Below, one piece after another: positions 1 to 10,622 of a stretch of DNA of 64,000 bases. The position numbers and the translations under genes are program-made. This DNA is from Verrucomicrobiaceae bacterium (GTDB taxonomy: Bacteria > Verrucomicrobiota > Verrucomicrobiia > Verrucomicrobiales > Akkermansiaceae), in the NCBI GenBank assembly GCA_051252135.1, contig JBPOGH010000008.1:160001-224000 (forward strand), in the 5' to 3' direction. The notes under the pieces are model-generated. The model did not search any database, had not been told where the DNA came from, and worked only from the letters and a program-made list of their open reading frames with translations. Every line of letters begins with the position of its first letter. Positions within the stretch are counted from its first letter, which is position 1.

Positions 1-2865
1 AAAAATGTCCTCTTCAGCTCCGCCCGGCTCGACTCCGCCGCCAACCTCGACATCCCCAACCGCCGCATCGGCGAACTCTACCAGGTCTCCGTCGACGGCG
101 GGCAACCCGTCCAACTCCTCACCACCCCGGCCGAATACCTCAGCCTCTCACCCAACGGCGCACACCTCCTCTACCATGATCGCAAAGGCTACGAGGACGA
201 CTGGCGTAAGCACCACCAATCCTCCGTCACCCGTGACCTCTGGCTCTACGACCTCACAAAAAACTCCCACCGCAAGCTCACCAACTTCCCCGGCGAGGAC
301 CGCAACCCCGTCTGGATCAATAACGAGGATTACCTCTACCTCTCGGAACAAAGCGGCTCCTTCAACATCTGGCAAAGCTCCCTCAAAAAGGACAGCCAAC
401 CCAAAAAAATCACCGCCTTCGACAAGCACCCCGTCCGCTTCCTCACCCGCTCGGATAAAGGCCAACTCGCCTACAGCTTCCATGGCGGCCTCTACCTCCA
501 GGACAACATTTCCGCCCAACCCCGGAAGCTCAACATCACCATCCGCAACGATGCCAAGGTCAACAGCAGCATGGTCTCCATGTCCGAAGCCATCACCGAA
601 ATGGTCGCCTCCCCGGATGGAAAGGAAATCGCCTTCATCGCCCGTGGCGAAATCTTCGTCACCTCCGTCGACCACCAAACCACCCGCCGCATCACCAACA
701 CCCCCGAGCAAGAACGCACCGTCGACTTCCACCCCGACGGCCGCAAGCTCGTCTACGCCTCCGAGCGCAACGGCAGCTGGAACCTCTACACCTCGGAGAT
801 TGACCGCGAGGAAGAAAAACACTTCTACCTCTCAACCGTCCTCACCGAAAAACCCCTCCTCACCACAGACGACGAAACCTTCCAGCCCCTCTACTCCCCC
901 GATGGAAAATCCGTCGCCTACCTCCAGGACCGTGAACACCTCATGATCCTCGATGTCGAATCCCGAAAATCCATCCAAATCCTCGGCAACGACCGCACCT
1001 ACTCCTACTCCGATGGCGACATCGGATACCAATGGTCCCCCGATAGCAAAAGCCTCGCCGTCATGGCCCTCCAGAAAAACCGCTGGGCCGAAAACATCTT
1101 CCTCCTCTCCGCTGATGGAAAAGGCGACATGGTCGACCTCACCAAAAACGGCTACTACGACTTCAACCCCCAGTGGGCCTGGAACGGCGAAGCCATCCTC
1201 TGGACCTCCAACCGCCACGGCAAAAAAGCCCACGGCAGCTGGGGCTTCCACTTCGACGTCTACATCGGCTTCCTCACCAACCGCGCCCACCGCCTCTCCA
1301 AACTCAGCGAAGCCGAGCGCGAGCTTATCGATGACGAAGCCTGGGAAAAACTCTTCGAAGAAGAGAAAAAGCACGACCCCCAGGGCCTCGTCGATCGCAC
1401 CGAGCGCCTCACCATCCACTCCACCAACCTCGCCGGCTCCGCCCTCTCCCCCAACGGACGCGAGCTCTACTACATGAGCGAAGACCGCGGAGAACACCAA
1501 ATCTGGGTCCACCGCCTCTACAAAAACGAAACCGAAATCCTCACCACCATCGGCGGGGCGGATGACGATCGCGCCCCCTCCAAGGTCATGATCGGAAAGA
1601 AGGGCGAAAAGCTCTTCGTCCTCTCAGCCGGCCGCCTCTACGAGGTCGACATCAAAGGCGGCAAAGCCACCCCACTTCAGAAATCCGGTGAAATGAACAT
1701 CGATCGCGCCGCCGAACGCCGCGAAATGTACCAACACGTCTGGCGTCAGGTCCGCGAAAAATTCCACCGCACCGACCTCCACGGAGTCGATTGGGACTTC
1801 TACGGAGATGAGTACGAGAAATTTCTGACGTCCATCAACAACAACTACGACTTCGTCGAAATGCTCAGCGAACTCCTCGGCGAGCTCGATGCCTCCCACA
1901 CCGGCGCCCGCCACTACCCCAAGTATGGCTCCGCCGACCAAACCGCCTCCCTCGGCATCTTCCCCGATCCCTCCTATCAGGGAGTCGGCATCAAAATCCT
2001 CGAAGTCATCGGCGGCTCCCCCCTCGCCCTCCTCGATGACCCCATCACCCCCGGCACCGTCATCACCGAGATCAACGGCGCCCCCATCGCCGCCGGAGAA
2101 AACATCGCCAAACGCCTCAACCGCCTCGCCGGAAAACGCATCCTCCTCACCATGACCGACCCCAAGGGCAAGAAGATCGAAGAAATCATCCGCCCCATCA
2201 GCCTCGGTCAGGAAGGCGAACTCCTCTACAAACGCTGGGTCAAACGCATGCGCGCCGAAACCGAAAAAATCTCCAACGGCCAGATCGGCTGGGTCCACAT
2301 CCGCGGCATGGATGACGGCTCCTTCCGCAGCCTCTTCTCGGAAGTCTTCGGCTACCACTCCGATAAAAAAGCCCTCATCGTCGACACCCGCTTCAACGGC
2401 GGCGGCTGGCTCACCGAAGACCTCACCTCCTTCCTCAGCGGCGAAGCCTTCCTCCGCTTCTACCCCCGCGAACAGGAAAAACTCGGCGGCGAGCCCCTCT
2501 TCCGCTGGGACCGCCCCTCCGCCGTCATCATGGGAGAAGGAAACTACTCCGACGCCCACATCTTCCCCTACGCCTACAAAACCCTCGGCATCGGCAAGCT
2601 CGTCGGCATGCCCGTCCCCGGAACCGGCACCGCCGTCTGGTGGGAACGCCTCATCGATAAGGAAGTCCTCTTCGGCATCCCCCAAACCAGCACCCTCGAC
2701 ACCCAGGGCCGGTACCTCGAAAACACCCAACTCGAGCCCGATATCAAAGTCGCCAACACCCCCGAGAACCGCGCCGCCGGCCAGGACAAACAACTCGCCG
2801 CCGCCGTCAAACACCTCCTCTCCCTCCCGGATGCCAAGCCATGGCCGAAGCCTCCGAAAAAGTGA
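1..2865 (+). CDS. Tricorn-like S41 family peptidase, 5' end outside the window
   Basis: Frame is open from base 1 and continuous with ORF 571..2865. PD40/TolB-like propeller repeats, PDZ-like region, and S41 motifs ELDASH, IVDTRFNGGG, NYSDAH. Confidence 0.9.
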   Translation, partial: KNVLFSSARLDSAANLDIPNRRIGELYQVSVDGGQPVQLLTTPAEYLSLSPNGAHLLYHDRKGYEDDWRKHHQSSVTRDLWLYDLTKNSHRKLTNFPGEDRNPVWINNEDYLYLSEQSGSFNIWQSSLKKDSQPKKITAFDKHPVRFLTRSDKGQLAYSFHGGLYLQDNISAQPRKLNITIRNDAKVNSSMVSMSEAITEMVASPDGKEIAFIARGEIFVTSVDHQTTRRITNTPEQERTVDFHPDGRKLVYASERNGSWNLYTSEIDREEEKHFYLSTVLTEKPLLTTDDETFQPLYSPDGKSVAYLQDREHLMILDVESRKSIQILGNDRTYSYSDGDIGYQWSPDSKSLAVMALQKNRWAENIFLLSADGKGDMVDLTKNGYYDFNPQWAWNGEAILWTSNRHGKKAHGSWGFHFDVYIGFLTNRAHRLSKLSEAERELIDDEAWEKLFEEEKKHDPQGLVDRTERLTIHSTNLAGSALSPNGRELYYMSEDRGEHQIWVHRLYKNETEILTTIGGADDDRAPSKVMIGKKGEKLFVLSAGRLYEVDIKGGKATPLQKSGEMNIDRAAERREMYQHVWRQVREKFHRTDLHGVDWDFYGDEYEKFLTSINNNYDFVEMLSELLGELDASHTGARHYPKYGSADQTASLGIFPDPSYQGVGIKILEVIGGSPLALLDDPITPGTVITEINGAPIAAGENIAKRLNRLAGKRILLTMTDPKGKKIEEIIRPISLGQEGELLYKRWVKRMRAETEKISNGQIGWVHIRGMDDGSFRSLFSEVFGYHSDKKALIVDTRFNGGGWLTEDLTSFLSGEAFLRFYPREQEKLGGEPLFRWDRPSAVIMGEGNYSDAHIFPYAYKTLGIGKLVGMPVPGTGTAVWWERLIDKEVLFGIPQTSTLDTQGRYLENTQLEPDIKVANTPENRAAGQDKQLAAAVKHLLSLPDAKPWPKPPKK

Positions 2866-3233
2866 CCGAAGTCGTCTGCGCCGTCATCATCCCCGATGGC
2901 CGTGCCCTCGCCTGCCAACGCCCCCCCGATAAAGCCGAGGGCGGTAAATGGGAATTCCCCGGCGGAAAGGTTGAATCCGGCGAAGACTTCGCAGCCGCCC
3001 TCCGCCGCGAGATCGAAGAAGAACTCGGCCTCGTCATCATGGTCGAGGAACCGCTCCCACCCGTGGAGCACAACACCATCCGCCTCCGCCCCTACCGCTG
3101 CCAAATCATCGGCGGACAACTCACCCTCCACGAACACCTCGAAGCCCGCTGGGTCAACTCCTCCGAAGCCAGCTCCCTCGACTGGGCCGATGCCGATCTT
3201 CCCATCCTCAAGACCCTCGAGCTCCTGGGATAA
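2862..3233 (+). CDS. MutT/NudG-like NUDIX hydrolase
   Basis: Nudix box GGKVESGEDFAAALRREIEEELG. Likely GTG start overlapping the upstream TGA; alternative ATG at 2841. Confidence 0.88.
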   Translation: MTEVVCAVIIPDGRALACQRPPDKAEGGKWEFPGGKVESGEDFAAALRREIEEELGLVIMVEEPLPPVEHNTIRLRPYRCQIIGGQLTLHEHLEARWVNSSEASSLDWADADLPILKTLELLG

Positions 3234-3274
3234 CCTTCCCGGTTGTCTTCACAGCCCATGGGAAAGACGACAAC

Positions 3275-4033
3275 TCACTCAAAGAACACCGCGATTTCCG
3301 ATGGGAGTTCGTCATAACGATAAACTTCGACCCTGGAATCTGAATAGCCAACCACAATATCGTTTTGTCGATTGGGTCGGGGACTCACTATGACCGGGAA
3401 GATTTCCTCATCGATCATTCGCCCACCTCCCGGATAGAGCCAAGGAATCGACTCATCGCGTCCGTAACGACAAAAAACATCCGGGTACTCCAACCCGGAA
3501 GCATCATTAGCCACCGCGTCGCTTAGCGAGGAAGGAAGTTGTTGATCCGAGTCCTCTACAAGCAAATAGAGCCTCACCATAAACATATTGGCCGCCCTTT
3601 GCTGTTGGGTTGTTTGCCGCAATTCTCTGCTGCTTACCATGATTTCGTTTGTCGCCAGCCAAGCCGTTTGATGCACGATTCCGGTCATGGCAATCGAAGT
3701 GCCAAACATCGAAAGGAGGAGAAAAGAAAGATACGTGGTGTATCGAAAACTCCACGGAGCCGGAAGTGCCTCAACATGCTCGGCGATCCACTTAAGAAAT
3801 TGATGGCTGAAATAGAGCGCCAAAGCGAGGGCCGCGCCTCCACAGAGGATCATCTCCACATTGTAACTCACTTGGGGAAGAACTTTGATTGGGTAAGTAG
3901 CCCAACCGGATGCCAATACCCAGACTGTCTCAAAAAGCCATTGCCCGATGACCGCCATCAAAAACAGGAAAACGATCCCCCCGACGATCAGAACGAGAAG
4001 AAAACTAAAGACTCTTCCTGCAGATGTTTTCAT
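3275..4033 (-). CDS. Hypothetical membrane protein
   Basis: 252-aa ORF with about 3 hydrophobic segments; ATGA overlap with the upstream gene. Confidence 0.7.
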   Translation of the reverse strand: MKTSAGRVFSFLLVLIVGGIVFLFLMAVIGQWLFETVWVLASGWATYPIKVLPQVSYNVEMILCGGAALALALYFSHQFLKWIAEHVEALPAPWSFRYTTYLSFLLLSMFGTSIAMTGIVHQTAWLATNEIMVSSRELRQTTQQQRAANMFMVRLYLLVEDSDQQLPSSLSDAVANDASGLEYPDVFCRYGRDESIPWLYPGGGRMIDEEIFPVIVSPRPNRQNDIVVGYSDSRVEVYRYDELPSEIAVFFE

Positions 4034-4665
4034 CGCTTCCTCTGGAGTTCACGTTGAATTCTCTCGTGAGACCACTTCTGAATCTCACCGTTCTTGAGAA
4101 TGACGTAGCGTTTTTTTCCCGCCGTCATTGGCTCGCTGACAAGGATCTCTCCTCCGGTTCCCGGAGGGTAGAAAATGCAGTAGCCACTTCGATCAGGAAG
4201 TCGCCAAGCGTCCCTGTTGATTGCCGGGTCCAATCGATCAGCGGGATAATTTCCATCGTGATTGGCTGCATATTCCCACAGCAATCTTTTCAATTCCCCT
4301 AGATTCGCCCGCCGTGCTTCTTCGCTGTTGCTGAGCTTGTAGGTGATCCCTTGTTTCTCCCAAGCACCTGGCGTCATCAACTCACGCGCGCCCGAGATCA
4401 TCGTGAGAATGACATACATGAAAAGTCCGCTCACCAACATAAGACACAGCGCTTTTCGAAAGTTGATAACTGGGATTGCCGGAATGCCCTTGGCGAGCCG
4501 ATTCCATAAAAACTTCACCACAAAAGTCAGAACAAGATACCCTACGATAAAGAAAGAAATGACCTCCATGCGTGCCTCCGCAAGGTCCGTAAGAACAATG
4601 GAAGTCATGCCTCCCTGCGCTACTCCCGTAGAGAGGAGGAGGAGGAAGAAAAGGCGGCGCAACAT
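4030..4665 (-). CDS. Hypothetical membrane protein with signal peptide
   Basis: 211-aa ORF with N-terminal signal and two TM segments; coupled to the next gene. Confidence 0.7.
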   Translation of the reverse strand: MLRRLFFLLLLSTGVAQGGMTSIVLTDLAEARMEVISFFIVGYLVLTFVVKFLWNRLAKGIPAIPVINFRKALCLMLVSGLFMYVILTMISGARELMTPGAWEKQGITYKLSNSEEARRANLGELKRLLWEYAANHDGNYPADRLDPAINRDAWRLPDRSGYCIFYPPGTGGEILVSEPMTAGKKRYVILKNGEIQKWSHERIQRELQRKR

Positions 4666-4867
4666 GCTGGGTAAACGTGCGGAATTGAGTGATCTGTTTC
4701 AAGATCGAATCTTGAATCCGGAAAGTGATCTCAGCCCTTAATGACGAGTCGGATAAAATTGCAACTTCCATAATTCTTCGACAAACAGCAGGCCACCTAC
4801 CAGGCATATCCACGATTCTGAATGGTGACTTCCCAACAATAAACGCACCTGCGAGCCTCCACCACAG

Positions 4868-5746
4868 ATGCTCACCTCCCTCCCCACCACCCTCGGCCCC
4901 GAAAGCCGACGCCTCCTCCACGGCCGGGGCGGACACTTCCCGGGCCTCGAGCACGTTGCCATCGACTGGTTCGCCCCCGTCCTTCTCCTCACCCTCTATG
5001 TCGAAAAGGAAACCAACTCCGACCTCATCTCGGAGCTCACCGCATTCGCAAAAACCAACCCGGAAGTCACCACCCTCGTCGTCCAGGAACGTCACCTCCC
5101 CAAAGGCCCCAAGGGAACCCTCTACGGCGAACTCCCATCTCAACCCATCGCCACTGAGACCGGACTCCACTACCACCTCTCGCTCGACCGAAACCAAAAT
5201 CACGGCTTCTTCCTCGATATGAAACCCGGCCGCGATTGGATCCGGGCCCACGCTTCCGGCAAACGCGTCCTCAATCTCTTTGCCTACACCTGCTCACTCT
5301 CCGTCGCCGCCCTCGCCGGCGGAGCGGACTCCGTTGTTAATCTCGACATGGCCAGCGGCGCGCTCGCCACCGGACGCAAAAACCACCACCTCAACTTCGA
5401 CCCCGCGACCTGCCAACGCGCCAGCTACCTTCCCCACGATCTCTTCAAATCCTGGGGCCGCCTCGTCCGCGGCGCTCCCTACGATCTCGTCGTCATCGAT
5501 CCCCCCTCCAATCAGGGAAAAAGTTTCAAAGCCGAAAACCACTACCCCAAAATCCTCCGCCGCCTCCCCGAACTCCTCACCGACGAGTCCCAAATCCTCG
5601 CCTGCCTCAACGCCCCCCATCTCGATGAGTCCTTCCTCACCGACCTCTTCGCCGACTACCAACCCCACGGCCGCCTCCCCTGCGCCCCCGGCTTCGAGGA
5701 CCAAAACCCCTCAGCCGCACTCAAGTGCCTCCTCTTCACCGGGTAA
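4868..5746 (+). CDS. Class I SAM-dependent methyltransferase, RlmI/RlmK-like
   Basis: Motifs QNHGFFLD, VLNLFAYTC, VIDPPS. Confidence 0.85.
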   Translation: MLTSLPTTLGPESRRLLHGRGGHFPGLEHVAIDWFAPVLLLTLYVEKETNSDLISELTAFAKTNPEVTTLVVQERHLPKGPKGTLYGELPSQPIATETGLHYHLSLDRNQNHGFFLDMKPGRDWIRAHASGKRVLNLFAYTCSLSVAALAGGADSVVNLDMASGALATGRKNHHLNFDPATCQRASYLPHDLFKSWGRLVRGAPYDLVVIDPPSNQGKSFKAENHYPKILRRLPELLTDESQILACLNAPHLDESFLTDLFADYQPHGRLPCAPGFEDQNPSAALKCLLFTG

Positions 5747-5962
5747 CATCAAACCCCGCCAAACCCTCCACCATCCTCAATTTGTCAACCCGGCCCGGGA
5801 CTCATCCCGCACATCCTTCCCTTCTTCGGCAAAGACTTTAAAATTCTCCAAATAGCACTGCGACTGCTTCTTCCCTGCCCAGAAAACCGGAAAACGAATT
5901 GATGTCTCAATGCCAATCCTCAACCCACCACGATAGCCTGGACAAAGAGGTTGGTTTTCCGG

Positions 5963-6769
5963 CTATCTCTGGCGGCGCCGTCCAAAAACGATCGGGGCAC
6001 CGAGGAAGAGTAGAGCTAGAGAGCCGGGTTCGGGAACACCAATGCCCACCACCCCGGTAACCGTCGTGCCGAAGCCATCGAAATTCACCTCTCCGCCATC
6101 AATAAGCGTGTTTCTTCCATTCCCTGACGCCTCGTAAGTAAACTCCAGGGAGTTTCGATTGCTCACCTTGTAGAGCACAGCGGCATCCGCTTCACTTTGG
6201 TTACCGAAAGTCGTGGCCCCGCCCTGGGTTCTCACGTTATTACCGTCAATGTAACGTCCGCTGAAATGTGATGACACTCCATCATGGGTGATTTCAAGAG
6301 CGGTGGATCCGGTGACGGTATAGGTGCCCTCCGTGTGAAAGCTAATATTATCCCAAGCACTTCCGTTGGCCTGGCCATCGATGTCGTAAAACATCAACTG
6401 CCATTCGTAGAAGGCCCCCGGGTTGTAGGGGGTCGTGTATCCGGAGTTCTCAAAGAGCGCGAGTTCGAAGCGCACGGCATCACCCACGCCATCCGGCCCG
6501 ATGTTGATCCGGGCATCTCCGCTTACCGATCCATTGTTGGAGGCATTCTTGGGCGTGATAAAATCCTTTGATTCGATGCGGGCATAGATGTCGGTCGTTC
6601 CGTCATTCGCCACCACTCCATACTCCAAATAATCCGGATTCGTCTGGCCGAACGTGACATCCGAAAGACCGCCAAAATCAATGATGAAGCTCTGCCCGAC
6701 ACAAAGCACCGGAGCCAGCCCGAGAAGAATTCCGGAACCCTTCCCCAAGCACAACTCCCTAATTATCAT
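5963..6769 (-). CDS. PEP-CTERM sorting domain protein
   Basis: C-terminal VPEPGS, TM segment, RRRQR. Confidence 0.88.
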   Translation of the reverse strand: MIIRELCLGKGSGILLGLAPVLCVGQSFIIDFGGLSDVTFGQTNPDYLEYGVVANDGTTDIYARIESKDFITPKNASNNGSVSGDARINIGPDGVGDAVRFELALFENSGYTTPYNPGAFYEWQLMFYDIDGQANGSAWDNISFHTEGTYTVTGSTALEITHDGVSSHFSGRYIDGNNVRTQGGATTFGNQSEADAAVLYKVSNRNSLEFTYEASGNGRNTLIDGGEVNFDGFGTTVTGVVGIGVPEPGSLALLFLGAPIVFGRRRQR

Positions 6770-6951
6770 CGATGGAATATAATTAGTTTATTCTAATTAT
6801 CAACCTTTTTGGTTTACTTGTGCATAGCATGCCTTGCTACCGTTAACGGCGACATGTGTCCGCTCCGCCAGAAGCCAAACCCAGGTCCACAACCAACGCC
6901 CTCGTATTGATCGTGTTTGTTTATGCAAAAAAGCGGGCGGAGTCCCATTCC

Positions 6952-7728
6952 TCAACCCACCACGATGGCTTGGGCGAGGATGTCCTCATTCTTTTGCAAT
7001 CCCCTAATGTGCCTGCGGTAGACGTGCCCCTTGTCCCAGAGCAGTCCTTTCGATTTCTCCACCTTGGCAAAACTGGCGGCGAGTTGCTGCGATTCCTCCC
7101 AACCCTCCCGGCTACTGAGTCCCGCCTTCGGCCACGTTTGTCCATAAAGGGTATGATCAAAACGTTCCTTGGCGTGGACCTTGCCGTCGTGAATATGGAC
7201 GGTGGGAAAGTAAAGTTCCGCCGTCTTGGCCAACACGGAAGGGAAGGAGAAAGCCATCGGGTGAAGCTTCTGGTTCCCCTTCTTGAGTTTAAAAACCGCA
7301 AAACCATATCCGGCATACTGCGGAAGTTGGTCCCAGGTGCCCTCCGGGAGCCGGAAACGGGCATCAAGGCGGGAAAAATCCTTCACGGTGGGAACAAATG
7401 AGGCATCAAAAGAACCCACCGAGTGAACCTCAAGCTTAAGGGCCCCGGGTGGTGGGACGGCAAAATCATATGCTCCCTTGGTGCGTGTTTTGGGCCGTGG
7501 AAACCCCGCCTTCAGATCACGAAAAAAGTGATCATATTCCGACAAGTCGATGAACTGCACCGCATCCTCCTTCGCAGGCTGCACCACTGGAATGGGAAGG
7601 ATCATCGCGACATCCGCCGGGGTATCGAGACTCATCTGATACGCGATCGCCTGACGTTCCTTGGTGAGAAAACGGGCAAATATTCTGGTCTCGGATACCG
7701 AGTTTACGGGGCCTGAAAAGCAACACAT
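6952..7728 (-). CDS. Conserved hypothetical protein, possibly DUF2330-like
   Basis: 258-aa ORF starting MCCFS with AMILPIP and HPMAFSFP motifs; family call from recollection only. Confidence 0.65.
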   Translation of the reverse strand: MCCFSGPVNSVSETRIFARFLTKERQAIAYQMSLDTPADVAMILPIPVVQPAKEDAVQFIDLSEYDHFFRDLKAGFPRPKTRTKGAYDFAVPPPGALKLEVHSVGSFDASFVPTVKDFSRLDARFRLPEGTWDQLPQYAGYGFAVFKLKKGNQKLHPMAFSFPSVLAKTAELYFPTVHIHDGKVHAKERFDHTLYGQTWPKAGLSSREGWEESQQLAASFAKVEKSKGLLWDKGHVYRRHIRGLQKNEDILAQAIVVG

Positions 7729-7776
7729 CTCGCCATTGAAGCGATACCGTGCACGAAAGAAACGGCAAAATTTGCC

Positions 7777-8430
7777 TTATTTTAAACTCAGCGTTTCCCC
7801 CACCCGCCTGGCAAGATCAAGATCATGGGTCACCACCACAAGGGTCACCCCTTTCTCCCTCTGGAGCTCAAGGAGGAGATCGATCACTTTGTTACCCGTT
7901 TCGCCATCGAGAGCACCGGTGGGTTCGTCGGCAAGAACAAGGGCCGGTTGATTGATGAGAGCACGGGCCACAGCGGTGCGCTGCTTTTCACCGCCGGAGA
8001 GCGCGGCAGGACGATGGGTGAGACGATGCCCCAATCCAACACGCTCGAGAAGTTCGGTGGCGCGGGCACGGGTGGTGGCCTCATCCTCTTCCCAGCCACC
8101 GGCCAGCCGCGGGACGAGGACATTTTCCAACACCGTAAGCTGGGGAAGGAGCTGGTGGTTTTGGAAGATGAAACCGATCTGGCGATTGCGAAATTTCGCG
8201 GACGCCTTCTCGTCGAGTTGGGTAACGTCCTGATCTCCCACCATCACCTCGCCCGAAGTGGGCAAAAGCATCGTCCCCAGAACATTGAGAAGTGTCGTCT
8301 TCCCGCTGCCCGAGGGACCAACCACAGACATCGCGGCACCATCCGGCACATCAAAGGTCAGGCCCTTGATGACGGAGACCACTTCGCTGGGAGTCTCATA
8401 GTCCACTGAGAGGTCGCGCACGGAAATCAT
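7777..8430 (-). CDS. ABC transporter ATP-binding protein, LolD-like
   Basis: Walker A GPSGSGKT, signature LSGGEKQR, LADEPTG. Confidence 0.92.
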   Translation of the reverse strand: MISVRDLSVDYETPSEVVSVIKGLTFDVPDGAAMSVVGPSGSGKTTLLNVLGTMLLPTSGEVMVGDQDVTQLDEKASAKFRNRQIGFIFQNHQLLPQLTVLENVLVPRLAGGWEEDEATTRARATELLERVGLGHRLTHRPAALSGGEKQRTAVARALINQPALVLADEPTGALDGETGNKVIDLLLELQREKGVTLVVVTHDLDLARRVGETLSLK

Positions 8431-8449
8431 GGTCTGAACCTACGCCACC

Positions 8450-10576
8450 CTAACTTGTTTTTGAAATGAGAATGTGATCGGAGTCACTCTTTGCAGGAAG
8501 GAATCCGCCAAAGCCGGCCCGCTGCTTGACCCGGGAGACCAGGGAAGGGCTGGCGTGGAAGCGCACGAAGGTACGATTCGCCGCTTGGGAGGTCTGTTCG
8601 GTGGCCGCAAAAAGTCGGGCCACCCCTTTCTGCAGGTCCCATTCGCATTCGTCACAGGGATCCCAGCCATCCAGCAAAAGCAGATTGTACAAGTCGGATC
8701 GCCCTTTTCCCTCGTGATGAATAAAGGTCGCTGTCGCATTGACGGGAGCGGATCGTGGTTGCTCGGGATGCCACGGCTCGGGTCGCCCCGGGCCTCCGCT
8801 GCGCTTCCGTTTCCAGACCCGCAGTTGGCCCGAAATTTTCCCCATCAGACCTAGACCAATCCGCGCCGTGAGATGATCATAATTTGCCGGGAGCCCGCGC
8901 TCAGGCTGCCGGGTCAGCGCCAGCGATTGATAAGGCGCATCGCCCATCGGTCCGGTGTAAATGTAATCGCCACTTTGCACCCCAAGCGCGCTGCCCTGAT
9001 ACACCGCGCCCTCCCACTCGATCCCACCGTCGCCAAAACGATCCGGGTGCTTCCTAAAGAGGAGGGCTTCGGCATGGCCGTATCCCATCTGCTGTTTGAA
9101 ATAACGCCACGGGGTGGTGCGGCGATGATGCCACACAAAGGCCGCCGCACTAAAGCCAATCGCCATTCCTGCGTCCCGCAAGCGCCAACAAAAATCCACA
9201 TCGTCCCCCGCCGCATGATAGATCGGATCAAAGCCTCCAATCATTTCAAAGGCTTCCCGCCGCACCGTCATATTGCAGCCCGGGATATGCTCCGCTTCCG
9301 TATCAGTGAGCATCACATGGGTTGGCGCACCCGGAGCCGCCGTGGTGAGGGCCAGCGACAGGCAACCGGGATCCGGGGAAAGATTGGGCCCGCCGACCGC
9401 GGCATAATCCGTGGTCGAGTAAACGCGCGCGAGCTCCGTCAGCCAGTGGGGATCCACCACACAATCGTCATCGGTGTAGGCAAAAATCTCCCCGGTCGCC
9501 ATTTCGGCCCCGTGATTTCTCGCAGTCGAAAGCCCGGAAGGGTCGAGGTGGAACGCCCGGATGCCGGGGTAGCCTTCAAGCAACTCGCGTGTGCCATCGG
9601 TGGAACCATCGTTTACCACGATCACTTCGTAATCCGGATATTCGAGAGCGGTCGCCGCATCCAGACAGGCCTTGAGCCGTTCCTCACCATTGCGGGTGCA
9701 AATAATGACAGACATGCGGGGGGTTCCGGGCGGATCGAAGCTCAACCTGAGCCGCCGCAACTCATCCACAATCGGCTTCTCCGACCCATCCCGCCGGGTC
9801 AGCCCGAAGGACCAATCGAGAATCGTCTTCCCGCCATTCTCCCAATGGTCCGACCAGGCATAAAGGGCGCAGCCCACCACGCCGGCCTGAACACAAACTT
9901 TCAGGGCCTCGGTCAGGAGCCCGGCCTGCTGTGCTTCCGCATGCCGTTGCGTATCCAGTCCGAACTCCGCGATCATCACCGGACGATCACCCGCGAGATG
10001 GTGCAAGCGCGGGAGATACTTCGCGAGGTCGGCCGGATCTTCGAGGTAAACGTTGAAGGCGGTAAAATCCGCGCGAAGCGGCTCAAGATATTCCGTGGTC
10101 GGATAGCTGGCGTAGGCGAGCGGGATATTCGGGGCGGCTTTTTTTCCGGCGATGATTAACTCATCGAGCTTGGCCCTGACCCGCGCCGGATGCATCCAGC
10201 GGGCCATATCGGAGGGCACTTCATTCGCCACGAAGACCGCGCCCAGAGCCCGGTGGTTCTTAAATTGATTCAACCAATCGACAAGCTCTCTCCTGGCTGC
10301 CTCGAAGATGGTGGGCTTGGCAAAGAAATCACAACCGTAGCCCCAGGCGTGGGTCGGAAGAACAATGAGGTCGTTCTGCTCCGCAAGGTCCAGAAATTCC
10401 CGGTCGGGAAGTCCGTAGGTCCGCACCGCATCAAGACCGGCTTCCCGAATACGCCCCAGCTCGATCCCATCCGCTATTCCCGCCTCATCCGGATGCGGAC
10501 CGTAGGTGACGCACTTGAGAAAGTGCCTTCGCCCATCGAGGAGAAAGTGTTTTCCATCGACTTGCAGGCGGGACAC
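8450..10576 (-). CDS. Fusion of GH-A/GH2-like TIM barrel and GT2 glycosyltransferase
   Basis: N-half has VANE and IAEFG glutamate motifs; C-half has VVNDGSTD, YTDDD, GDDVDFCWR, QQMGYG. Confidence 0.85.
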   Translation of the reverse strand: MSRLQVDGKHFLLDGRRHFLKCVTYGPHPDEAGIADGIELGRIREAGLDAVRTYGLPDREFLDLAEQNDLIVLPTHAWGYGCDFFAKPTIFEAARRELVDWLNQFKNHRALGAVFVANEVPSDMARWMHPARVRAKLDELIIAGKKAAPNIPLAYASYPTTEYLEPLRADFTAFNVYLEDPADLAKYLPRLHHLAGDRPVMIAEFGLDTQRHAEAQQAGLLTEALKVCVQAGVVGCALYAWSDHWENGGKTILDWSFGLTRRDGSEKPIVDELRRLRLSFDPPGTPRMSVIICTRNGEERLKACLDAATALEYPDYEVIVVNDGSTDGTRELLEGYPGIRAFHLDPSGLSTARNHGAEMATGEIFAYTDDDCVVDPHWLTELARVYSTTDYAAVGGPNLSPDPGCLSLALTTAAPGAPTHVMLTDTEAEHIPGCNMTVRREAFEMIGGFDPIYHAAGDDVDFCWRLRDAGMAIGFSAAAFVWHHRRTTPWRYFKQQMGYGHAEALLFRKHPDRFGDGGIEWEGAVYQGSALGVQSGDYIYTGPMGDAPYQSLALTRQPERGLPANYDHLTARIGLGLMGKISGQLRVWKRKRSGGPGRPEPWHPEQPRSAPVNATATFIHHEGKGRSDLYNLLLLDGWDPCDECEWDLQKGVARLFAATEQTSQAANRTFVRFHASPSLVSRVKQRAGFGGFLPAKSDSDHILISKTS

Positions 10577-10622
10577 GGCGTGAGCTTAAAGGGTTCGTTT
10601 GGTGAAGCAATCAACCAGATCG

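Noticed and set aside
5..2932. Long Pro/Ser/Thr-rich and antisense ORFs, here and throughout the window
   Set aside because: Shadow frames produced by high GC and extreme codon bias; they overlap well-supported genes.
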